46,711 nt of DNA from an uncultured Rhizobium sp. (GTDB lineage Bacteria; Pseudomonadota; Alphaproteobacteria; Rickettsiales; UBA1997), in NCBI GenBank assembly GCA_964513555.1, contig CAZENB010000003.1, positions 1 to 46,711 of the forward strand. The letters run 5' to 3'. Within the stretch, counting starts at the first letter, position 1; each line of letters begins with the position of its first letter. Shown one piece after another: positions 20,201-27,264 of the stretch. The notes under the pieces are model-generated. The model saw only the letters and a list, made by a program, of their open reading frames with translations, was not told where the DNA came from and did no database searches. A program made the position numbers and the translations under genes.

Positions 20201-20370
20201 TTACTCCTCTTGCGATTGCAACTGGTGCTGGTTCAGCAAGTCAAAGAGCAATTGGTATTGGTGTTATGGGTGGTATGTTTTCAGCAACTTTTATTGCTAC
20301 TTTGTTCGTTCCAATGTTTTACGTTTTGGTAAGAAGAATTTCTTCAAAGCTAAGCTCTAAAAAAAGTTAA
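17257..20370 (+). CDS. RND multidrug efflux inner-membrane transporter (AcrB/MexB-like, HAE1)
   Basis: 1037 aa. 'MSNFFINRPIFAWVIAIVIM', 'EQYPNIAPPTV', 'GLLVDDAIVVVENVER' and 12-TM RND topology. Confidence 0.93.
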   Translation: MSNFFINRPIFAWVIAIVIMMSGLLALRKMPIEQYPNIAPPTVSISTSMPGASAETLENSVTQVIEQSLTGIDSLRYFTGSSDSDGNVSISLTFEPKTNPNIAQVQVQNKLQAAMPLLPQEVQQQGVRVNKSNNNFLLVIGLYSEDDTVSEAELGDILLSDMKDAIARINGVGNVNIFGNPRAMRIWLNPNKLVSYNLSTSEVISSIKAQNSDVSAGQLGGLPAVEGQQLNATVTSQSKLKTVVDFEKIILKANNNGAQVYLKDVANIELGSQSYSTKARYKRHPASGMAVILASGANALETAKNVKAKVEEMRKFLPKSVKVIYPYDSTPFIKLSIKGVVETLIEAVILVFLVMLLFLQNFRATLVPTIAVPVVLLGTLAILFSLGFTINTLTMFAMVLAIGLLVDDAIVVVENVERIMHEEGLSPIEATKKSMSQITGALVGIAMVLSAVFVPMAFFGGSAGAIYRQFSVTIVSAMVLSVLVALILSPSLCATILRPIDKNHSLSNNRFVNFFNIFLDKGRNFYIWGSSSIIKKIVRFLAVYVVMVGGLVFLFMRMPTSFLPTEDQGMMYLMVNTPSGSTLERTIESLEKVEDYFLEKEKENVEHLFTVAGFSFAGRAQNAGFGFIGLKDWSERTRSDQTVSSISGRAMKALSQLKDAFVFTFFPPPIRELGNASGFDMQLLDRSGIGHSGLMMARNQLLGMASKNPLLVGVRPNGLNDVAQFKIDIDYEKAATLGIIISDINQTLQSAWGSSYVNDFIDKGRIKKVYLQSDAKYRMMPDDLAKWYVKNKNGEMISFASFASAHWTYGSPKLERFNGASSINIQGAPVSGVSSGVAIAEMERMVKEIKGVDFTWSGISYEEKTSGSQTITLYLVSLLVVFLSLAALYESWSIPFSVIMAVPFGIIGALLFSSFFGMSNDVYFQVGLLTTIGLSAKNAILIIEFAESLHEQGVEIVEAVLTATKQRFRPIIMTSMAFMLGITPLAIATGAGSASQRAIGIGVMGGMFSATFIATLFVPMFYVLVRRISSKLSSKKS

Positions 20371-20381
20371 GAGTGAATTTT

Positions 20382-21764
20382 ATGAATTTAAAAACAGCAA
20401 TAAAAGTTATAATAAGCTTTGTTTTGATAAGCTCTTGTAGTTTAGATCCAAAATATAAAACACCTGAAATTGATCTTCCTTTTTCCGAGGCTGATAAGTC
20501 AAAAAAACAAATTTCTTTAGTTTCATGGGAAGAGTTTTTTGAATCTTCAGAACTGCAGAAAGTTATTAAACTTGCTTTGGAAAATAATCGTGATTTGAAA
20601 ATTTCTGCACTAAACATTGAATCTGCATGGACAATTCATGGTTCTCAAAGAGCAAATTTATTGCCAAATATCTCTGTTGTTGCAAGTAAAACTATGCAAA
20701 AAGCGCCAAGTGCATTTGCTGCTTTTACTCCTAAACAACAATTTCGTGCAAATCTTGTTTTAACTTCATATGAAATTGATTTTTTTGGAAGATTAAGAAG
20801 TTTGAAGAAATCGGCATTGGAAGACTATTTGGCCACAAAAGAAGCTAATAACGTTGTAAAAATTTCTTTAATTTCTGAAGTTGCAAATAGTTACATTCAG
20901 CTATTAGCCGATTTGAGTAATTTAAAGTTTTCAGAAGAAGCTTTAGAACTTCAAAATAAAAAATTTCAGCTTATTGAAAAAAGATATAATAATGGCATTG
21001 ATTCACCAACTGTATTTTTTAATGCAAAATCAAATCTTGAAAATGCAAGATCAAGTAATGAAACTTATAAAAAATTAGTTGCTCAAGACAAAAATGCTTT
21101 GATGCTTTTGATTGGTATTTTTGATGAAAAATTATTACCAATAGAACTTCAGATTGATAATGTTAAAATCAACGAATCTTTACTTGATTTTGTTACATCA
21201 AAAAACTTGCTTCTAAGACCAGATGTGAAAAAAGCAGAACATGATTTAAAGAGTGCTAATGCTAATATTGGAGCAGCAAGAGCAGCATTTTTCCCTTCAA
21301 TTACCCTAACAGGAAATCAGGGTTATAATTCAAGAGAATTAAAAACATTGTTTGACAACCCATCAAGAACTTTTAGTCCTCAAGTTAATTTGCCTATTTT
21401 TAATGGTGGTTCTCAATACTACAGTCTAAAAAATGCTAATCTTCAAAAAAAGATAGAAATTATTAATTATGAAAAAGCAATTCAGACTGCTTTTAGTGAG
21501 ACTCTAGATCAGCTATCAGAAAGACAAGCACTTGAAAGCCAGTTGAAGTCAGCAGATGAATCTTTGAAATCAATTGCAAAAATTTCGGAAATTTCAGATT
21601 TAAAACTACAACTTGGAGCTATTAACTCATTGTCTGATATTGATGCAAAGTTAAATATGCTGTCAAATAAACAAAGTAGAACAAACGTTAAAAAAGATTA
21701 CATTGCTAACCTAATTACATTGTACAAGGTTATGGGTGGTGGAAGTGAGATAGAATATAAATAA
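20382..21764 (+). CDS. RND efflux outer-membrane factor lipoprotein (OprM/NodT family)
   Basis: Lipobox 'LISSCS'. Two repeated OEP/TolC-like halves, 'AARAAFFPSITLTG'. The ATG at 20382 with an upstream 'AAGAG' is preferred over the GTG at 20373. Confidence 0.85.
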   Translation: MNLKTAIKVIISFVLISSCSLDPKYKTPEIDLPFSEADKSKKQISLVSWEEFFESSELQKVIKLALENNRDLKISALNIESAWTIHGSQRANLLPNISVVASKTMQKAPSAFAAFTPKQQFRANLVLTSYEIDFFGRLRSLKKSALEDYLATKEANNVVKISLISEVANSYIQLLADLSNLKFSEEALELQNKKFQLIEKRYNNGIDSPTVFFNAKSNLENARSSNETYKKLVAQDKNALMLLIGIFDEKLLPIELQIDNVKINESLLDFVTSKNLLLRPDVKKAEHDLKSANANIGAARAAFFPSITLTGNQGYNSRELKTLFDNPSRTFSPQVNLPIFNGGSQYYSLKNANLQKKIEIINYEKAIQTAFSETLDQLSERQALESQLKSADESLKSIAKISEISDLKLQLGAINSLSDIDAKLNMLSNKQSRTNVKKDYIANLITLYKVMGGGSEIEYK

Positions 21765-21793
21765 TTTACAATTTTTGTTCTTGCGGTGGCTTT

Positions 21794-21838
21794 AATTTAT
21801 TCCTAATCTTTAAAATATAAAAGATATAGGAATAAATT
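21794..21838. terminator. Candidate bidirectional terminator hairpin between convergent OMF and cimA genes
   Basis: Perfect 12-bp inverted repeat: 'AATTTATTCCTA' (21794-21805) and 'TAGGAATAAATT' (21827-21838), with a 21-nt loop and a flanking T-run. The stem is AT-rich and the loop long, so this is only moderately convincing. Confidence 0.35.
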
Positions 21839-21848
21839 TTCTTATAGA

Positions 21849-23441
21849 TTACATTTCCTTCATCAATTTATAGGTAATGCTGTCGTTTAAAGCTCTAAAA
21901 GAAGCATCTACAATATTTTCTGAAACTCCAATAGTTGTCCACTTATTTTCTTTGTCATCGCTTGATTCGATTTGAACACGAGTGATTGCTTGAGTCCCAT
22001 CAGATGGTGTTAAAATTCTAACTTTATAATCAGTCAAGCGTACATTCTTCAAAGATGGATACTTTCTTGAAAGAGCTTTTCTTAAAGCTTTGTCTAAAGC
22101 ATTGACTGGACCATTTCCTTCTGCAACGGATAATGTTATTTTATTGCCAATTTTTATTTTAATTGTTGCTTCTGCAACTGTTACAATTTTTCCTTTAGAA
22201 TCATATTTTCTTTCATCCAGAACCCTAAATCCAACTAGGTCAAAGAAATTTGGAACTGTTGAAAGAGATTTTTTGGCAAGAATTTCAAAGCTGGCATCAG
22301 CTGCATCATAAGCATAGCCCTTGGCTTCTAATTCTTTGACTTGATTAACTAGATTAGCAATTTGACTAGTTTTTATTTCGTCCTTTAACTCAATTCCAAT
22401 TTCTTTTAGACGACTTATAATATTAGAGCGTCCAGCTTGATCTGAAATCATGATTTGTCTATGATTTCCAACCTTTTCTGGTGGAACATGTTCGTAAGAA
22501 TTTGGATTCTTTGTAACTGCAGAAACGTGAAGACCGCCTTTATGAGCAAAGGCATATTTACCAACGTAAGGTGCAAATTTGTCACGTTCTTTGTTTAGTA
22601 AATCATCAAGAAAATTAGAAACATGAACTAAGTTTTTTAACTGATTTTCATTAATTCCAACATCAAAACCCATTTTTAAACACAAGGTTGGAATAATGCT
22701 GATCAAATTAGCATTTCCGCAACGTTCACCAAGTCCATTAACTGTTCCTTGAATTTGTCTAACTCCATTTTCAACTGCAACCAAAGAGTTGGCAACAGCA
22801 TTACCAGTATCGTTATGACAGTGTATTCCAAGATTTTCACCGGGAATATGTTTTGTTACTTCTTTTACAATTTTAGAGATTTCACTTGGTAATGTTCCGC
22901 CGTTAGTGTCGCAAAGGATTATCCATCTTGCACCAGATTCAAAAGCTGTTTTGATTGACTTGAGAGCAAATTTTGGATTTGCTTTGTATCCATCAAAAAA
23001 ATGTTCAGCGTCAAACATAGCTTCTTTTTTCTTCTTCACAATATGTTTTATAGAGTCAGAAATCATATCTAAATTTTCTGCTTCAGAGACGTGAAGAGCA
23101 TTTTTGAGATGAAAATCCCAAGTTTTTCCAACAATACAAACAGATTTTGTATCACTATTAATCAAGGCATTTAAACCTGCGTCATTAGCAGCTGAAATAC
23201 CGCTTCTTTTTGTCATTCCAAAAGCTGAAAATTTTGACTTTTTTAGTTTTGGTAGATTCGAAAAAAACTCATCATCAGTTGGATTAGCTCCTGGCCATCC
23301 TCCTTCAACATAGTCAATTCCAAGAGAGTCTATAATTTTTGCAATTTCAATTTTGTCGCGTACTCCGAAATTAACAGTGCTTGTTTGTGCACCATCTCTT
23401 AGAGTTGAATCATATAAATAAACACGAGGTTTTTTTTTCAT
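21849..23441 (-). CDS. cimA: Citramalate synthase-type (CimA/LeuA family) enzyme
   Basis: 'YDSTLRDGAQT', 'VEGGWPGANPTDDEFF', 'HCHNDTGNAVANSL' and a C-terminal LeuA-dimer-like region. The 530 aa length fits the CimA subfamily. Confidence 0.8.
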   Translation of the reverse strand: MKKKPRVYLYDSTLRDGAQTSTVNFGVRDKIEIAKIIDSLGIDYVEGGWPGANPTDDEFFSNLPKLKKSKFSAFGMTKRSGISAANDAGLNALINSDTKSVCIVGKTWDFHLKNALHVSEAENLDMISDSIKHIVKKKKEAMFDAEHFFDGYKANPKFALKSIKTAFESGARWIILCDTNGGTLPSEISKIVKEVTKHIPGENLGIHCHNDTGNAVANSLVAVENGVRQIQGTVNGLGERCGNANLISIIPTLCLKMGFDVGINENQLKNLVHVSNFLDDLLNKERDKFAPYVGKYAFAHKGGLHVSAVTKNPNSYEHVPPEKVGNHRQIMISDQAGRSNIISRLKEIGIELKDEIKTSQIANLVNQVKELEAKGYAYDAADASFEILAKKSLSTVPNFFDLVGFRVLDERKYDSKGKIVTVAEATIKIKIGNKITLSVAEGNGPVNALDKALRKALSRKYPSLKNVRLTDYKVRILTPSDGTQAITRVQIESSDDKENKWTTIGVSENIVDASFRALNDSITYKLMKEM

Positions 23442-23443
23442 AA

Positions 23444-24505
23444 CTATCTAACTAAAATTACAGCCATTCCAGAAACGGCAAACAAAAACGATAAAGTCCA
23501 GAATCTACCTACAACTTGTTTTTCACTCCAACCTAGTTTTTCAAAATGATGATGAATTGGAGCCATTAAAAAAACTCTCTTTTTGTGAATTTTGTAAGAA
23601 CCAACCTGTAATATAACAGAAGTTGCTTCAATCACAAATAAAAGCGAAATAATAAAAAAGACTAACTCTTGTTTAACTATAATTGCTATTAAACCAATTA
23701 CCGAACCAATTGCAAGACTACCAACATCGCCCATAAAGATTTTTGCTGGTTTTAAATTAAAAGTTAAGAATGCTAAAATACTACCAATTAATGCGAAACA
23801 GAAAGGTATTAGCTCTTGAGCTTTAAAACTAATGTAAGGAATTCTTAAATTGCCTGCAAGATTTTGATTAGCAGTTATAAAAATTAGAAAAATTAAGCAA
23901 ACTAAGTTTATTATCAAAGGGATACTTACCAAACCATCAAGTCCATCAGTTAAATTAACAGCATTTGAAGATCCAACAATAACAAAAGTTATAAATATTA
24001 TAAATAAAACCATATTTAATTTAAGCCAATTATTTTCACCAAAAGGTAAAAATATTTTACTCTCTAAATAGTTGGTATCTGTGTATCCAAGCCATAAAAA
24101 TACAGCTCCAATTAAAGCAAACTGAATTACTATTTTATATATTCCTCGAAACCCATTGGGATTTTTATAAATTACTTTCATCAGATCGTCTGTAAGACCT
24201 ATTAGAGAAAATGATATAAAAACAAGAAGTGCAATCCAGATGAAAGAATTTGCAAGATCAAGAAAAACTAGAGATGAAATTACTGTGGCAAGAATAATAA
24301 AAATTCCTCCCATAGTTGGAGTTTTTTTCTTACTTTCAATATGAGTTTGCGGACCGTCATTTCTGATTGGTTGGAAAAAATCAGATCTATTGTTTATAAA
24401 TTTTATATAACTTTTTGTACTAAAAAAACCAATTACGTAGGAAAAAATAAGACAAAATAAGCTCTTAATCCATAAATTAGAAAAGATTGTTAAACTGGTG
24501 AGCAT
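23444..24505 (-). CDS. mraY: Phospho-N-acetylmuramoyl-pentapeptide transferase MraY
   Basis: 'KKKTPTMGGI', 'GLTDDL', 'NAVNLTDGLDGL', 'FMGDVGSLAIG' and 'APIHHHFE..GW.E'. Confidence 0.95.
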   Translation of the reverse strand: MLTSLTIFSNLWIKSLFCLIFSYVIGFFSTKSYIKFINNRSDFFQPIRNDGPQTHIESKKKTPTMGGIFIILATVISSLVFLDLANSFIWIALLVFISFSLIGLTDDLMKVIYKNPNGFRGIYKIVIQFALIGAVFLWLGYTDTNYLESKIFLPFGENNWLKLNMVLFIIFITFVIVGSSNAVNLTDGLDGLVSIPLIINLVCLIFLIFITANQNLAGNLRIPYISFKAQELIPFCFALIGSILAFLTFNLKPAKIFMGDVGSLAIGSVIGLIAIIVKQELVFFIISLLFVIEATSVILQVGSYKIHKKRVFLMAPIHHHFEKLGWSEKQVVGRFWTLSFLFAVSGMAVILVR

Positions 24506-24552
24506 AGATTTTTTTATTAAAATTTATTTTTTGCTTTATTGAAAAAATTAAA

Positions 24553-25992
24553 TCAGTGAAGGTTTGTAGAAATTTCCGGATTTAATTTTGTGACTAAAAC
24601 TTCCATTTTTGTTCCACGAGAGCCTTTTATATATAAAATGTCCCCATCTTCCAAGAAATTTTTTATTTCAAGAGCTGCATCTGAAGAATTATCAAAAGTT
24701 TTAAAACAATTTTTTGGTAACTTTTTAGCTGCTTTAGTCATATTTTCGCCAACTAGTACGGCAAAATCAACGCCAAGCTCTTTAAGATAATTGGTTACTT
24801 CTTCGTGTAATTCAAGTGATTTTTCTCCTAACTCTAACATTTCACCAAGTGCAGTTATTACTCTTTTTTTATTAAGGGAGTTTTTTAAAGTTAAAGCATG
24901 ATCAATTCCAGCTTTGATTGATAAAGCGCTGGCATTGTAGGTATCATCAATTAAAACTATTTTTTTATTATCAACTGTTATTTCGCTAATTTTTCCTCTA
25001 CCAGCAGTGCTTTTAATTTCTTTAAATCTTTCCAATGCTTTTTCAATATTATTTCCAACTAAATCAAGCGCTGCAAGAACAATAACTGAATTAAAAATTG
25101 TTGCTTTATGAGAAGTCGAAATTTGATAAGAAATTTTAATATTTTTGGCAGTTTTGGCTTTAACTTCTGATAAATTATAGTCTTTTATAACGCTTTCTAA
25201 AACTTGATAATTCCCACCAATTTCTCCAAAGGAATATATGTTTTCTTCTTTAATTTGAAAATATTGAGCTTTTTTTCTTAAAAAATCGTAATGTTTATTG
25301 TCAAAATTGATAAGAATTTTTCCAAAATTTTTATCAAGACCAGCAAAAATTTCTGATTTAGCAATTGCAATTTCTTGTTCGTTTTTAAAGTTTTCTATAT
25401 GAACTGGACCAACATTAGTAATGATTGCAAGATGAGGTCTTGCCAATTCTGATAAAGGACCAATTTCTCCTAAATGATTCATCCCCATTTCAAAAATTCC
25501 AAAGTCATGGTTTTTAGGAAAATTGCACAAAGTAAGGGGCAGCCCAATATGATTGTTTAAATTGCCAGTGGTGGCGTAAGTCTTTCCTTGTAATTCGAAA
25601 GCATTTTTTAACATCTCTTTAGTTCCTGTTTTTCCAACTGAACCGGTAATTGCAATAATTTTCCCTTTACTTCTTTGACGAGCAAAAGCAGCTAACTTGT
25701 AAAGCGCAATAAAAGTATTTTTTACAAGAATTATATGATTTTTTGAGTTTTTAAATTTATAAAATTCTTCTTCTTTGTGAATTAAAGCAATTTCGCAGCC
25801 ATTTTCAAAAACTTGGCTTAAAAAATCATGAGCATCATGTTTGTCGCCTTTCAAAGCTATAAATAATTTTGCTTTAGAGACTTTACGGCTGTCTATTACA
25901 ACTTCATCAATTTCTATTTCATTTAGTATATTGTGCGAGATAACTTCATCTTTTAGAGCATCCAGCAATTCTTGTTTTTTCCAAAGTGTCAT
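24553..25992 (-). CDS. murF: UDP-N-acetylmuramoyl-tripeptide--D-alanyl-D-alanine ligase MurF
   Basis: 'DSRKV..KLFIALKGDKHDAHDF', 'ITGSVGKTGTKEM', 'NNHIGLPLTL', 'EMGMNHLGEI' and 'DDTYNA'. The ATG at 25992 with 'GGAG' 5 nt upstream is preferred over the TTG at 26016. Confidence 0.92.
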   Translation of the reverse strand: MTLWKKQELLDALKDEVISHNILNEIEIDEVVIDSRKVSKAKLFIALKGDKHDAHDFLSQVFENGCEIALIHKEEEFYKFKNSKNHIILVKNTFIALYKLAAFARQRSKGKIIAITGSVGKTGTKEMLKNAFELQGKTYATTGNLNNHIGLPLTLCNFPKNHDFGIFEMGMNHLGEIGPLSELARPHLAIITNVGPVHIENFKNEQEIAIAKSEIFAGLDKNFGKILINFDNKHYDFLRKKAQYFQIKEENIYSFGEIGGNYQVLESVIKDYNLSEVKAKTAKNIKISYQISTSHKATIFNSVIVLAALDLVGNNIEKALERFKEIKSTAGRGKISEITVDNKKIVLIDDTYNASALSIKAGIDHALTLKNSLNKKRVITALGEMLELGEKSLELHEEVTNYLKELGVDFAVLVGENMTKAAKKLPKNCFKTFDNSSDAALEIKNFLEDGDILYIKGSRGTKMEVLVTKLNPEISTNLH

Positions 25993-26100
25993 TAATTCTC
26001 CGTAATTGCGGTTCAATTTTAAAAATTCGTTTTTTTCCGAAGTGTCATTTAATTTTCCGTCATTGCCAACTCGTGCTTTACCATCATTGCAATGAAGGGG
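25967..26100. repeat. Two ~45-bp direct copies of the murF start region plus extra 'CATCATTGC' and 'CGTCATTGC' cores
   Basis: Copy A (25967-26011) is 'aattcttgttttttccaaagtgtcattaattctccgtaattgcgg'. Copy B (26024-26067) is 'aattcgtttttttccgaagtgtcatttaattttccgtcattgcc'. A third core, 'ccatcattgcaatgaagg', lies at 26081-26098. Confidence 0.7.
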
Positions 26101-26136
26101 AACTTTACGAAACTAACTTCTGAAAAGTCGCAATAA

Positions 26137-27126
26137 TTAATTTTTAATATATTGAGATATTAAAACAATCTCTTCTTCATCAAATCTGGCACCAAATTTT
26201 TGAATTATTTTAGATGCTAAAATATTACCAATTTCAGCTGCTTTTTTTAAAGGTAAGTCATTTGATAAAGCGTATAAAAATCCAGCAGCAAATGCATCTC
26301 CAGCACCAGTTGTATCAATTAGATTATCAACCTTAATCGCTTTGCTTTCAAAAAATTTGTTATTTTGGAAAATAGCGCAACCTTCTTCTGATCTGGTTAT
26401 AACTCCAATTAAATCTTTTTTTTGTTTCAAAAATTCTGCAATTTCTGTCATAGAGAATTCTGAACTTGAAATAAGTTCTAAAATCTCTTTTTCATTGGCA
26501 AACAAAATGTCTAAATCATTTTGAATTAGTGACAAAAAATCTTTTTTATGACGTGCAACACAGAAAGTGTCAGACAAAGAAAACGCAACTTTAACACCAT
26601 TTTTTTTGGCAAGATCTATGGCTTTTTTTAAAGACTTAATTGTTTGTTCTCTATCCCACAAATAACCTTCAAGATAAAGAATTTTGGCATCTTTAAATGT
26701 TGCTTCGTAAATATCCTGTTCTTCAATTTCTGAGGCGCAACCCAAAAAAGTGCACATTGTTCTTTGTGCATCTGGCGTAACTAAAATAAAAGATGTAGCT
26801 GAAGATTTTTGTGAAAAACTATTATTGATAAATCTTGTTTTACTGCTTGAAAGTTGGCTAATAAATTTTTGACCAAATTCGTCATTAGCAACTTTGCCTA
26901 AAAATTCACTTTTACACTCAAGCTGCCCCAAAATTGCCATGGTATTTCCAGCTGATCCACCAGAAGTAATTTTCTCACTATCAAGTTTTGATAATTTTTG
27001 TGCAATTTCTTCATCAATTAAAGACATTGAAGCTTTTATAAGATTATTCTCTGTTAAAAACTTATCATCAACCTTGCATAAAATATCAACAATTGCGTTT
27101 ACAATTCCAATTATTTTTTTTGTCAT
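26137..27126 (-). CDS. PfkB-family carbohydrate/nucleoside kinase (adenosine kinase-like)
   Basis: 'GGSAGNT' near the N-terminus and the PfkB signature 'DTTGAGDAFAAGFLYAL' near the C-terminus. 329 aa. Confidence 0.8.
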   Translation of the reverse strand: MTKKIIGIVNAIVDILCKVDDKFLTENNLIKASMSLIDEEIAQKLSKLDSEKITSGGSAGNTMAILGQLECKSEFLGKVANDEFGQKFISQLSSSKTRFINNSFSQKSSATSFILVTPDAQRTMCTFLGCASEIEEQDIYEATFKDAKILYLEGYLWDREQTIKSLKKAIDLAKKNGVKVAFSLSDTFCVARHKKDFLSLIQNDLDILFANEKEILELISSSEFSMTEIAEFLKQKKDLIGVITRSEEGCAIFQNNKFFESKAIKVDNLIDTTGAGDAFAAGFLYALSNDLPLKKAAEIGNILASKIIQKFGARFDEEEIVLISQYIKN

Positions 27127-27143
27127 ATAATTTATAGTTTTTT

Positions 27144-27258
27144 TGGATTGCCGAGTCGCGTTTCATGCTCCTCGCAATGATGATTACATTAACTGTCGTT
27201 GTGAGGAGTTGACAAATTAACCTCCGTCATTGCGAGCCAAGCAAAGCTTGGCAATCCA
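27144..27258. repeat. ~115-bp palindromic repeat element of the 'CATTGCGAG' family
   Basis: Termini 'TGGATTGCCGAG' (27144-27155) and 'CTTGGCAATCCA' (27247-27258) are inverted repeats matching at 11 of 12 positions. Inside are one reverse core ('ctcctcgcaatgatga') and two forward cores ('ctgtcgttgtgaggag', 'ccgtcattgcgagcc'). Confidence 0.8.
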
Positions 27259-27264
27259 TAATTC

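Noticed and set aside
16067-21764. RND efflux operon as a horizontally acquired island
   Set aside because: There are no flanking mobile-element remnants, tRNA or repeats, and by eye its composition matches neighbouring genes. It is treated as core.
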